The translations under genes and the position numbers were made by a program. A model generated the notes under the pieces. The model saw only the letters and a list, made by a program, of their open reading frames with translations, searched no databases and was not told where the DNA came from. A stretch of 64,000 nt of DNA from Dudresnaya verticillata. Lineage: Eukaryota. The number at the start of each line of letters is the position of its first letter. Position 1 is the stretch's first letter. This document shows positions 47,966 through 58,849 of the stretch, piece by piece. The stretch is taken from NCBI GenBank assembly GCA_977862235.1, contig OZ374562.1:2728001-2792000 (forward strand). The letters run 5' to 3'.

Positions 47966-48292
47966 CAGAAGCCCACTCTCGCCAACTTCCCAATGCACAA
48001 CTAATTCAGAAGCCTCAGTATCAGGCCCCAGCCTGTTGCGTGCATTACGAACCCCTGGCGCATCGACCTCACCATTCATGTCCAAACTCATCAAACACAC
48101 ACCAAACGCTCCCGCACCGAAACCCATCAGAAGCCGACTGTCGTCAACTTCCCAATGCACAACTAATTCAGAAGCCCCAGTAGCAGGCCCCAGCCTGTTG
48201 CGTGCATTACGAACTCCTGGCGCACCGACGTCACACAATTCATGCCCAAACTCAACAAACACACACCAAACACTCACGCACCAATCTCCCAT
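47966..48292. repeat. Imperfect 162-bp tandem duplication upstream of the glycosyltransferase gene
   Basis: CAACTTCCCAATGCACAACTAATTCAGAAGCC...AAACACACACCAAAC twice. Confidence 0.9.
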
Positions 48293-48372
48293 CTTACCTT
48301 CACTCACATGGTCAACTCGCGGTCACCTTCCGCACTGTCTCAGTGTACTGCAATAGACAAGCTCCCCATCAA

Positions 48373-49608
48373 ATGGCCACCGCAGCCTCGCTGCAAGCTC
48401 TGCGCAACAGAAATCCTACCCAGTTTGCCAAGACAGCCCTAATCCTTTTCCTCCCTTTGTTGTGTTTAGCACTCCTCCCTACACAGACGCAAGTCACAAG
48501 GGGGAGGCATCATGTCCTCCTGTTTTCCGACAGAGGTGTGTCGCATTTGACCGTTCGCGCCTTGCAAGCAAGTGGCTTTCTTGTTTCAGTCCGAACCCAT
48601 CGTCTCCGCCCGCGCGGATTGGACCCTCGCTGGGAGAAGGTCTTTCAGTTGAGAGAGGCTCTTTCAGATTCAAGTACAATCTCTACAATTACCTGGCTCG
48701 ATGATGACCTTATGCCAGATATGCATTGGCTGCGTCGCGCCATCACTTCCAAGCTCTACTACCCGGTCTTTGCAGGCTTTGAATACGGGAAACAAAAGCA
48801 CAAGATCATGTCCAATCTGCTTGTCTTCCAAAACAAGCCCGAGTCTTTGGATTTCGTCAACCGATGGGCAGATATTCATCCGCGCTACATCAACAAGACC
48901 ACCGGAATACAGGACCAAGACGCTATCAATGAGATTGCTACGTGCCATCAAGGAGGAGTAATGTGTATGACGCACAGCTTTGCCATGATGCACACGGGTG
49001 GCGCAAGCAGCAAAAGAGTGGCCGTTCTGGACCGGGGTGCTCGCGACTACCTCTGGAATTTCCATAATGTCTTGCCGAAACTCTTCCTCTGGACTGTTTT
49101 CGCGGTACTGGCATTGCGCGCAGCCGCAACGCACGACACTGGCTGTGCCTCTGTGGTAGGTCTTTTGTACAAGGGATGCACCGAGGCGGTATTGCATGTG
49201 AATACCATTTTGATTCTCATGGCTCTAGCTTGCCTCGGGCTGGAAAGCATCCTGTCCATCAACGTGATCGGGGCCGAGCCGTTTCTGTTCTGTCCAAAGG
49301 CCTCACAGGTCAAGAGGATTGGAGAGAGCTCGCTCTCACTTGGCGGGCGTTGGTCAAAAGCTCATGGTGCTCTTGTGTATGCAGATTGGCTGAACAGACA
49401 GGAGCTTTTATGCTTACGGGGGCGAATGAGGTGGTTGTGGTGGCCATGGGTGATTTGGGCAATGGAACGGAAGAAGATGCTGTGGCGGTACGCAGCATCG
49501 GCAGGGTGTGTTGCCATGGGTGCTTTTGTTGGGTGCGTTGTTAGGAGCGGGCGGTCTGCTATTGTTCCCGCGTGGGGCGAGGGAAAGGAGAGGCGACATG
49601 ATAGTTAG
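48373..49608 (+). CDS. Putative GT-A glycosyltransferase (GT34/GT77-like), N-terminal anchor plus C-terminal hydrophobic segments, 411 aa
   Basis: First in-frame ATG at 48373; TM segment; WEK, WLDDD (DxD), FQN...SLDFVNRW, QDQDAIN motifs. Confidence 0.65.
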   Translation: MATAASLQALRNRNPTQFAKTALILFLPLLCLALLPTQTQVTRGRHHVLLFSDRGVSHLTVRALQASGFLVSVRTHRLRPRGLDPRWEKVFQLREALSDSSTISTITWLDDDLMPDMHWLRRAITSKLYYPVFAGFEYGKQKHKIMSNLLVFQNKPESLDFVNRWADIHPRYINKTTGIQDQDAINEIATCHQGGVMCMTHSFAMMHTGGASSKRVAVLDRGARDYLWNFHNVLPKLFLWTVFAVLALRAAATHDTGCASVVGLLYKGCTEAVLHVNTILILMALACLGLESILSINVIGAEPFLFCPKASQVKRIGESSLSLGGRWSKAHGALVYADWLNRQELLCLRGRMRWLWWPWVIWAMERKKMLWRYAASAGCVAMGAFVGCVVRSGRSAIVPAWGEGKERRHDS

Positions 49609-50017
49609 AAGAAGGGGTACAACTTGTGAAAAGGATTGTATTAAGACAGACGTAAACGAGAGGTCAGGCTACCTTCGTCGGCGGGTGCGACCTTGTGCTA
49701 CTTTGGAGCAATTTGACCGCCTTGCACAAGTGTAACCGTGCAGCTTATCCGCGCCACATGCAGTCACACTTACCACGCTTGCTCACAAATGGTGCAGGCT
49801 GCTCAATAACGCTACTGCCAAGTCGGCGCCAGTGCCCTAATACTACATAGTAGCTTGGGCTCCATATCGATAATGGCCATATCGATAATGGTACACCAAC
49901 GAGAAATTTCCAATTAAGGCACGTTCAGCACCGTGGAGATTCCAATACAGTGGTTTTCCAGTAAATTGGATATAACTGCGCAGGTAGGTACAGCAGCGTT
50001 AAAGCGTTACATACCCC

Positions 50018-50199
50018 GAAATTTCTGTACAGAATTCTCTGCGCAGACAAATGTCTGTAAGCCTACTTTTTACTGTTTGTATACAAACATTCCTTTTCAA
50101 TCGCAAGATGGATGGATGTTCTGTCTGTCTGTACAGAAATTTCTTTCGTACTCGAATTTCTGTAGCGTACAGTACTGTCGCGTACAGAAATTTCTGTAC
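50018..50199. repeat. Inverted-repeat/palindrome cluster (MITE-like remnant)
   Basis: GAAATTTCTGTACAGA (50018-50033) is inverted at 50128-50143; perfect 18-bp palindrome at 50182-50199. Confidence 0.65.
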
Positions 50200-51415
50200 T
50201 GAATAGCAATTTCTGCTTCGCTCGCCGAACGGAACGATACGCTAATAGCGAAGGGCGTTACACCACACTTACTCATAGTGCGACACTGTCACACCCTTCC
50301 TGCTGCCTGCTTTTATTCTTCTCCCGCGATCGACAGAGGTGGAGCCTGCAGTTGACCATCATCACGCCGATCTTTTCTACTGTGCCCAACATTGTCGAAT
50401 GCTTCTGGCACGCTATTCAGCCTGACAGCTACAATCGAAGGCATGCCTCCAAGTACATCACCGGCACAATTTTGTCACTGCCCGTCACACGTAGTGTGTT
50501 AGCTCATAGGCCACTGCTGCCGAAGCAGACGCACTCTAAATCAGGTTGAGTAAAATTATACAATCACTGCCCGTCTGAATCACGTGCGTCCGCCGTCAAC
50601 ACAGCCGTACCACCACAAATTGTATTCGAGCAACCAGATGAATGCACCGAGCGCGCACGAGACAGCAATAATACAGCGGAAGAATGAAAGCCAACACATC
50701 TCACCAACTGACCGCTGCGAGCTAAATGGGCCAACAAGTCATTTCGCAAGCTTGATTCTTTGTACTTCAACATCCCGCAAGTTTCAGCCTCTCGTGGGCT
50801 TACGGCAATACACGTCGTATTGAAAGGGTACTTAAATAGTCGTTTGCAGTGTTCATTGGGTCTATTGGCCATGACGGTGTTGGTATGTTGTAGGCCAGAG
50901 TTCTATTCTCTTTCCTTTATATTAAAAGAAAGGGGGTGCTTCTATTCTATTCGCTTGGATACAGTCGCTAATATCCTGCACCCGACTCGCCGTGGCTGCG
51001 GATACAGTACTGTACTAGCCGGAGGAGTTGGAGTTGTCCACTACAGCTGCACGATCTCTCGCCACCGAAACCGCGCCGCCAAGGTCCCAGCGTAAACACG
51101 CCCGAGAAGTCCAGTGTTGCTGGGAGGACAACCAGTGAAAAAACATACATGAATACATCCCTTTGTTCCAAGATAACATTTTGACATCAACCACCTTAAC
51201 GGCGCTTAAGGTATCATTTCTAACCAGGCAACCGAGGATTATACGCCTGTTAAAGGTGGCCGCTACGAATTATAATACTAGGGAGATGACCCATGTCAGG
51301 AGCTCGGTCTTCTCCGTGGACGAGAGAGCGTCTTACGCACCTCAAACAATTGCAAAAGCGCCCAAAGAAAGCTGTCTAGCCACGCAAGTATACCACTCGA
51401 ACACAACTGCAGTCT

Positions 51416-52561
51416 TCAATGAACTTTGGCATGCTCGGCACGCTTGTTTGGGCACTTTTGATTGCGCCTGCGTGCAGGCCTGCACCGTATAGCGGCAGGA
51501 ACAACGCTTTTGAGCAAGTCCCCAAGGACCTCTGGGCGAAGGTCTTCCTTCTTGCCTTTGAGAACGTCATGGAGGTAGGCCCGCATCTCTTCATGAGCAT
51601 GAGTTACCGCGTCGAAAACACGAACGGTATAGACTTTCACACGGAGAGATCCATTATGGTGCACCCCTTGGTCCGTGACAAAAACGGCTAGTTCAGCTGC
51701 CTCAACCTCATCCCCAAACAACGACATCAGGTTCGAGTTGTGCTTGTTGTGTTTGTGCTGCAGAAAAAAGCGGGTCCACAGCGCCTTTGCCGTCTTGTCA
51801 CTCAAGGTCACATGGACTAACGTCTTCCGTATGCGGTTCACAACACCGAGCGATACGAAAGCCATTAGCTTTTTATGCGTATCTGTTTTCTTCATAACGA
51901 AGCCATCTTGAAACCCGCTGATTAGATCCGTCATCTTGACGTATTCGCTTTGGTCATATCGTTCGGATAGGTGGTCAAACAACTGCCACCCATCATTAAT
52001 CATCTGCTGCACCTCCTTGTCAACTGCTGCAGACTTTTCCCGCAGGTTATTTCGAAGTGTTCCATATCGGAGATTCAAAGACTCGATGAGTTTAAGCCGC
52101 ATCGCACGACATGACTCCGCGATGCGGTTCACAGCGTCATGAGACGCGGTGCTCTCCCGATCACGCAGATCCCGAAGGCTTACGCAAAATATGTTTCTTT
52201 CCTGGATCAGCTTGTCAAGCCCCGACACAGTAGCTCTGTTCAGGTCTTTGAAGTCCTCCAGCTCGCTCGCTTCTGCTGTTTCATTAGTTGTGAGTACAAC
52301 CAGCAGCATTGAACCCAGGGATTCTCCGAACAGTTCCTTATACTCATTTAGCGACTTGAAGGCACCATTTGTGATGCCACCGTCCACATTAACTGTCATT
52401 ATCAAAGTGCTGGCTCTCTGAAGTATGCGGATGTGATCTTCTATGGCTGACTGGTAAAACACATCCAGCCCATCTTTATCATTGAGGCCCGGAGTGTCAT
52501 ATATCTCAGTCATCCATAGTTCATTGTCTATTTCCTCCACTCGCTCGCCGCGCTCGATGCG
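51416..52561 (-). pseudogene. 3' part of AIG1/GIMAP-like GTPase gene split by the Copia element
   Basis: IYDTPGLND (G3), LFG..MLLVVLT (AIG1-like G4 region), helical C-terminus. Confidence 0.8.
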
Positions 52562-52566
52562 GATTG

Positions 52567-53599
52567 TGAAAAGGAATATGGAGAGGTTGGAGTTGAACAA
52601 GATGAGAAATGGAAGTCGCTTGACTTCGTTTACTGCAGTCGACAATCCGACATGGCTTATATCAGCTTTTCGGATGAGTTGCTGCGTGAACACAAACAAA
52701 ACAAATCATTAAAGATACGCCCAAAATCCCTATTATCAAATGGGCGGGAAAAAGTAAAGCAATTAAATCTACCAAATCATACTCTCAGCACACTCACATC
52801 CGCCACCAAAATGGGCGGGAACTTGCACACCAGTGTTGCTAACTGCTGACATCAGCAATCCCTCTTGCGACCGCATTTCCTGCCATCCATATGTACTCCA
52901 ACTTTGGGCGGGAACGTGAAAGTATCGAGTGTCCCCGCATAGCTGCTGTCGGACAACGCTGCACACCACGTGGCCGCACTTACCAGCTCAAGTCCGTCCA
53001 TGAATATCCAACTTGGATCATTGGCCACGTAATCACCCAGATTTGCCTACGTGGCAGCTGTAAACCAACGTGTCGGCCGCACGACAGCTACGTGGCAACT
53101 GTAAACCAACGTGTCGGCCGCACGACACCTACGTGCCAACTGTAAACCAACGTGTCGGCCGCACGACAACTGCATCTGCTGATATCACAAGCCAGGCTCC
53201 ACGTAGCGCAAGTCCCTGCAGTACCAACTCAGACGCCATCAGCACATTGCATGGCACGTTCATATGTACTTGTGGAGTACAGTGCGCGTCATACCAGTAC
53301 CATTCCATGCCATACCACGTGCATCCATGCGGTCCAATCAGATCGTTCCACTTGGCCGTTCCTGTTATAACCGCCAATTCCAGCACAACACTTGTAAGCC
53401 ATATAGACCATGGAGGCGGTTTGTAACAACCAATCAGAAGCCCGTTTCACGTTGCTTTTGCAAAAGGCCTAAATGCGCCGTGATTTTGGCAGCCCGGAAA
53501 AAGCGCTGTCGTCTCCGGAAGGTTTGGTGAAAGCGTGCCAGGGTACCATCTGGGGTACCTGACCCGTGACGTGAGGCGCCAGCGACCATGTCCTCAACA
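52567..53599 (-). repeat. 3' LTR of the Copia element
   Basis: TG..CA ends; copy at 58850-59882. Confidence 0.97.
53047..53169. repeat. 3 x 41-bp tandem repeat inside the Copia LTR (also at 59330-59452)
   Basis: CTACGTGGCAACTGTAAACCAACGTGTCGGCCGCACGACA unit, no spacers. Confidence 0.93.
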
Positions 53600-56500
53600 C
53601 TCCTCCTCGATGGCTCCTCCAAGTCCAACCCTTGGTAGAATCCTATTGAGCAAAGTGGGCCCGAGTGGCTTTGTCAGCAAGTCCGCGTCGTTGTGTTCTG
53701 ACGGCACATACACAACTTCCAGAACAGAGTCGGCGACAAGTTCGCGAATGAAGTGTACACGAACGTCGATGTGCTTGGCACGACCAGACGGACAGCGTTC
53801 TCCAGTAGCCCAATTGATGGCAGACTGGTTGTCTGATCTCAATGGAACCGGGCCTTCGACGTTCAAGTCGGCCTCCTTCAGCACTCGCGTGACCCAAACC
53901 GTCTCTTTCGCAGCCAGAGTCATTGCATAGTACTCCGACTCGCAAGTTGAGAGAGCAACAGTTGACTGCTTCTTGGATCCCCAAATACACACTGCATCTC
54001 CCAGTTTCACCATGTAACCAGACATAGATTTTCGGTCTGTGGTGTCACCGGCATAGTCAGCGTCCACATAAGCTTGGATACGAGTGGTTCCGGACTGGTA
54101 CGTAACTCCATGCTTGTGAGTGCCTCGAAGATATCGCAGAACCCTCTTTGCACCACGGTGACAGTACGCAGTTGGAGCCTTCTGGAACCGTGCGAGGATA
54201 AGCACAGAGGCCAAAATGTCCAGCCTTGTGCGAAGCCCCAAGTACAGAAGTGACCCGATCATCTGCTGGTACGTCTCAACCGACACGACGGCCTTGTCCT
54301 CTTCGGCGGCAAGTCCAGTGAAGAAAGACTCAACCATTGGCGTACAAGCCGGCTTAGAGTTCTGAAGTCCAAATCGACGAAGAACACTTTCCGTGTAGAC
54401 CTGTTGAGTCATCTTGAGGGACACAAATCTGCCATCAGAGTCTAGCTTCCATCCAAGCTCGACTCCGAGGAAGAGGTCAACCCCTTCAGACAGCCGTAGA
54501 TCGTAGAGGCCCTGCAGCTCCTTAACAATGGCGTCTCTCTCCGCCTTTGTGGGCGCGAGGATGAGCAAGTCATCAACGTACACCAAGATGTATGCGTATC
54601 CAGAAGACTTGGATTTGCGACGAAACACGCAAGGTGCACTTGGCAATTCCTCAAACATCATCCCAGCAAGGTCACCACACAGCTTGGTGTGCCAAGCTAG
54701 GTGAGCCTGTTTTAGCCCATACATAGCTTTCAGAAGTTTGTAACAGAGAGATTCCCTTCCAGGAATCCCACGCGGTGACATTACCCACACGTGTTCTGCC
54801 AGATCACCATTCAGGAAAGCCGTCTTCACGTCTAGCTGTGCAACAAACAGGTTCAAACACAGTACCAAGTATAGGAACATGCGCACCAGCGAGAACGACA
54901 CAACTGGGGCGTATGTTTCCATGTAGTCTTCACCATACGTCTGGAAGTTTCCACCAGCGACGACCCGCGCTTTGAAGCGCTCGACAGTCCCGTCGGACTT
55001 GCGTTTAACTTTCAGCACGGCGTGCGTTGGAAGCGGCTGTGCATCGGGACTGTCATCACGGACCCAAGTGCCTTTGGATTCCAAGGATGCGAACTCATCA
55101 TCAATGGCAGATTGCCACAACCCGCGCTCCTCCGGAGTGGCAGACATGGCCTCTCGAAGAGTGGGCTCATCTCCCGTTGTGAGGGCAACCTGTTGTTCAG
55201 CTTGTGCAGAGCTTGCCATAAACCATTTCGACGTCTGGCGACGTTGGCGACGAGGATATCGACTCTGTTGCTGGCGTTCTGGATCTGAACTCACACCAGC
55301 CGGAGGACTGTCAGAGACGTTTTCTTCCTCAGCCGTGTCATCAGATTCGAATGAGCTGGGTTCTGATGGAGGTAGTGGAGGTGAAGAAGGTGTGTCAACT
55401 TCAATCGCATCCTCTTCATCCTCAAAGTTACCCAGCGACACATCGTCATCAGAGTCCGAGTTGAAAATAGAGGCCTCTGAGTTAGAGTCGTAATCTTCAT
55501 CCGAATCTGCCTCGTCCTGCCCATATTCCAACAGGCTTGGAGCACCCGGGAATTTGGACTCGTCGAATGTGACATGCCGCGACTCAACCACACGAGGTAT
55601 ACCGTCACCGCCAGTGACCAATATCCTGTAGATCCCATGCTCTAGAGTCTCCAAGTGCACCCCCTCAAGTGCACGAGACTCGAACTTGGATCCGCGTGGG
55701 AGCCTTAGGACATATGCAGCACATCCAAACACTCTTAAATGTTTTAAATCAGGAACATCACCTGTCATGACCGAGTATGGCGTAGCCCCAACGGTTGAGT
55801 GTGGTACCCGATTGCGCACGTAGTTGACATGCTTCAGTGCAAACGGCCACAAACATCCCGGTAGATCAGCCTGGATCAGCAAAGTCAGGGCAGCTTCCAC
55901 CATGGTTCGGTTCACCCTTTCCGCGATTCCATTGAGCTCCGGAGTATAAGGTGGGGAGAAGGATTTGCCACTGTCTCCAACTCCTCCCAAATCTTTCTGC
56001 AAAGCCAAATACTCCTGAGCCCCGTCTGAGTGGAGTTTTGTTATTTCCGCTCCTCCAAGCTCGATAAACTTTGCTGAAGCTTGATCAAATGCTGCACTCA
56101 ACATACGGCGACTTCTCATACATGCGACGACCAAGAAACGGGATTTATCATCCAGAAACGTCGTGGCATACCGGAAACGATCGGGAAAGGAGATCTGGAT
56201 TGGACCAACAATGTCGGAATGCACGAGATCACCGACAGCTTTGGCCGGGCGGAAGTGCCCTGGGAATGATTGTTTGTGTGCTTTCCCAAGTCTACAAGCC
56301 CGACACACTTCATGAGTGGAGCCCAACCCCGGAACACCCTCAACATGCTCGTGCACTTTGGCCAAGTCCCGAAAATTAATGTGGGCAAGACGTCGATGCC
56401 AGAGCTCAGTAGTTTGCTGCGTGCTGGGGACAGCCAGTACTTGCTCCTCCGAAGTGTGCGGCTCGGGTTCTGGTAGCATGTACATTCCAGAACTCGCATC

Positions 56501-57913
56501 GCGAACACCGGATCCAATATAGTACCCATCAGAGTCGAGTATCAAGCGCACGTCCAAGCGGCGAAAGTGGGATTCAATTCCTTTATCTGCCAAACGCCCA
56601 GTAGAGACAAGATTGTATCCCATCTGCGGGATGAAGAGGGCCTTCTTGAGCCGAATATTGGCATGCTCAAACGGCAGAATCACATCTCCACATAGGTCTG
56701 AGGTGACAGACGACTTGTCCGCAAGCACTACAGTACGCTTTTCGCAGCGCGATACTGAGCTCGGTACAAAAGAAGTCATTGAGTGGAAGCAATGCACAGT
56801 TGCCCCACTGTCGGCATATGTTCCTTGGTCGTTCGGAGGAACAACAGTAGTCATCTCAACCGATGCACCGGCGATTTCTACCTTTGCAGATTTACCATTG
56901 TTCTTACCAGATGCAGCTACCGCCGAGTTGGCGTTGCCCTTTTTGCCCTGGTTGGTGAACATCTGTCGCACCTTTGGAGGAAGCTTGTTGTTAGGATTTT
57001 CCGGATTGAGATAGCATCGATCCGCGGTGTGTCCATCCTTGTCGCAAACATCACAGTGAAGGTGCCGGTTCGGGGTGGAGTGAGCCTGCTTGGCGGACTT
57101 GAGTGCAACCGCCAACGCACGGACGGTGGATTCAATATCAGAAGAGTCATCGGAGTCGTCGTTGTCATCCAGCGGGTTGTGTTGCTGGCGAGAACCTGAC
57201 GACGCGGACTTCTTTTTCTTCTTCCGACGACTCTTCGACTTACTGGATCTCCCACCTGCGTTTCCCTGAGAATCTTTGGCGTTGTACTCATCGATCAGCG
57301 TGGTTGCGACGTAGTCCCAAGTCAGCTCAGCAGCATCTTTGGTGCGAAGAGCGGCAGCTGTTGACTCCAGGTGGCAGGACGGATCAATGGAAGCAAGCAG
57401 CATAGGTGCCTTATGCGTCTCCGGTATCGCCGAGTCGTTGCCCATGCGGTCGAGTTGGGCGAACAGTGACGTGTACTGGTCGACATAGTTGGACATATTC
57501 TGACCGGTGTACGTCATACGGAATAGCTTGGTCTGTACGGCGATACGGGATACGGTTCGACTAGACGCATAGCGCGAGTCCAATAGCTCCAGCATGCGTT
57601 TGGGGTCATCATCAACCTCCATAACGACACGAAGCGGAGCATCACCAAGTGCGGAGATAATGATCCCGCAAGCCTTCTCACGTTTGGCCAAGGTTCTGGC
57701 GTGAAGAATGGAAGTATCCGCTGAGGCCTCTCCAGTTGACTGTGAGCTGCTCGGTGTGTCGTTTGAGGTGTGGAACACATTCCAAACCCCTTTGATGCGG
57801 CATGCGGCACGAAGGCGATGACGCCAGAGACCGTAGTCGTCACCTCTCCTGCCGTGGAAACGGGGTATCTTGACCCCGCTCGACGTATCCATCTCGGCTT
57901 CGGTATCAGTCAT
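53594..57913 (-). CDS. Copia Gag-Pol polyprotein, 1439 aa (Gag, CCHC, PR, GAG-pre-IN, IN, RT, RNase H)
   Basis: CDVCDKDGHTADRC, ADSGAT, LWHRRLAH, HSDIVGP..TPELNGIAER, KARVVAGG, QLDVKTAFL, YVDD, DADYAG, KHID. Confidence 0.97.
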   Translation of the reverse strand: MTDTEAEMDTSSGVKIPRFHGRRGDDYGLWRHRLRAACRIKGVWNVFHTSNDTPSSSQSTGEASADTSILHARTLAKREKACGIIISALGDAPLRVVMEVDDDPKRMLELLDSRYASSRTVSRIAVQTKLFRMTYTGQNMSNYVDQYTSLFAQLDRMGNDSAIPETHKAPMLLASIDPSCHLESTAAALRTKDAAELTWDYVATTLIDEYNAKDSQGNAGGRSSKSKSRRKKKKKSASSGSRQQHNPLDDNDDSDDSSDIESTVRALAVALKSAKQAHSTPNRHLHCDVCDKDGHTADRCYLNPENPNNKLPPKVRQMFTNQGKKGNANSAVAASGKNNGKSAKVEIAGASVEMTTVVPPNDQGTYADSGATVHCFHSMTSFVPSSVSRCEKRTVVLADKSSVTSDLCGDVILPFEHANIRLKKALFIPQMGYNLVSTGRLADKGIESHFRRLDVRLILDSDGYYIGSGVRDASSGMYMLPEPEPHTSEEQVLAVPSTQQTTELWHRRLAHINFRDLAKVHEHVEGVPGLGSTHEVCRACRLGKAHKQSFPGHFRPAKAVGDLVHSDIVGPIQISFPDRFRYATTFLDDKSRFLVVACMRSRRMLSAAFDQASAKFIELGGAEITKLHSDGAQEYLALQKDLGGVGDSGKSFSPPYTPELNGIAERVNRTMVEAALTLLIQADLPGCLWPFALKHVNYVRNRVPHSTVGATPYSVMTGDVPDLKHLRVFGCAAYVLRLPRGSKFESRALEGVHLETLEHGIYRILVTGGDGIPRVVESRHVTFDESKFPGAPSLLEYGQDEADSDEDYDSNSEASIFNSDSDDDVSLGNFEDEEDAIEVDTPSSPPLPPSEPSSFESDDTAEEENVSDSPPAGVSSDPERQQQSRYPRRQRRQTSKWFMASSAQAEQQVALTTGDEPTLREAMSATPEERGLWQSAIDDEFASLESKGTWVRDDSPDAQPLPTHAVLKVKRKSDGTVERFKARVVAGGNFQTYGEDYMETYAPVVSFSLVRMFLYLVLCLNLFVAQLDVKTAFLNGDLAEHVWVMSPRGIPGRESLCYKLLKAMYGLKQAHLAWHTKLCGDLAGMMFEELPSAPCVFRRKSKSSGYAYILVYVDDLLILAPTKAERDAIVKELQGLYDLRLSEGVDLFLGVELGWKLDSDGRFVSLKMTQQVYTESVLRRFGLQNSKPACTPMVESFFTGLAAEEDKAVVSVETYQQMIGSLLYLGLRTRLDILASVLILARFQKAPTAYCHRGAKRVLRYLRGTHKHGVTYQSGTTRIQAYVDADYAGDTTDRKSMSGYMVKLGDAVCIWGSKKQSTVALSTCESEYYAMTLAAKETVWVTRVLKEADLNVEGPVPLRSDNQSAINWATGERCPSGRAKHIDVRVHFIRELVADSVLEVVYVPSEHNDADLLTKPLGPTLLNRILPRVGLGGAIEEEC

Positions 57914-58835
57914 AGCTGTTGGGACTGATGGTGAGAAGAGATGACTTGAATAGTTTTAGAAAACTTGGGGAACTTGGGGCAGTGCTGTTAGTGCAACAGT
58001 GTCGATGCCCAGAGGGTAATAGTCGTGTTAAGCAGAGCAGTGCAGCTCACACAACGAAGACGTGACGACGAAACTGAGAAATGTGTCGAACACGTCGGTA
58101 ATATAATACAGTCACAAGCGGAGCACACTTTGCCAAGTAGCTCCCACGCTTGGAGTAATGAAACTCTCAGGTGATGATGGGATCACCTGGACTGAAGAAG
58201 AAAAGTTGAAACTTGAAGTTGAAAAGTTGATTCTTGATAGTTGAACGTCTTTTTGACGCGGGATGTTCTGGCACCAGGTTCTACCTAGTCACCCCTAGGA
58301 GTCGGACTCCTGGCCCCCGGATATGATTCTCCGGGTGAAATGCGTCTTTCAGCAGCCCTTTCGTGTCGTGCGCACACAGACACGAAGTATGCAATCCTTA
58401 CGAGACGTCCACCTTATGGGTACTAACTCAAAACGAGTGTTCACCACACGAACAGGTCCAGTCTCTTGCAGGAATGGAACTAGGCCCAACCGTGTCAAGG
58501 TTCTGGATCTTACTGGAGGTTGCTCCCCTAGGCCAACGAGGTCCTGACTTAACGAGAGTCACCACACACAACACTCAACCTCTCAGCAAGCTCACGGACC
58601 AAGACAACAGCGGACGAGAGCCTCGAGAACTCTCTCACAAAATCAGAGACACAAGCCGACACAGTGGGATAGGGACCACTTTCAACAGACAACAAGCAGA
58701 CAGGACAGGACACAAGCCGACAGGACAGGACACAAGCAGACAGGACAGGCCAGGACGGGACCGGACAGTATCAAGAATGAAAAGAAAAAGGGAGAAGGTT
58801 GCAGCGAAGCGATGAAGTCTGCGTAGGTCGACCTT

Positions 58836-58849
58836 CTGGGCCCATAACC
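58836..58849 (-). promoter_or_regulatory. PBS complementary to the anticodon region of tRNAiMet (half-tRNA priming)
   Basis: GGTTATGGGCCCAG directly after the LTR terminal CA, as in Drosophila copia. Confidence 0.88.

Noticed and set aside
51416..52699. 427-aa ORF as a standalone gene
   Set aside because: Its first ~44 codons come from the Copia LTR and start at TTG; it is the 3' half of the split GTPase gene
53047..53169. 41-bp direct repeats as a CRISPR array
   Set aside because: Head-to-tail with no unique spacers, inside an LTR, no cas genes, eukaryotic context
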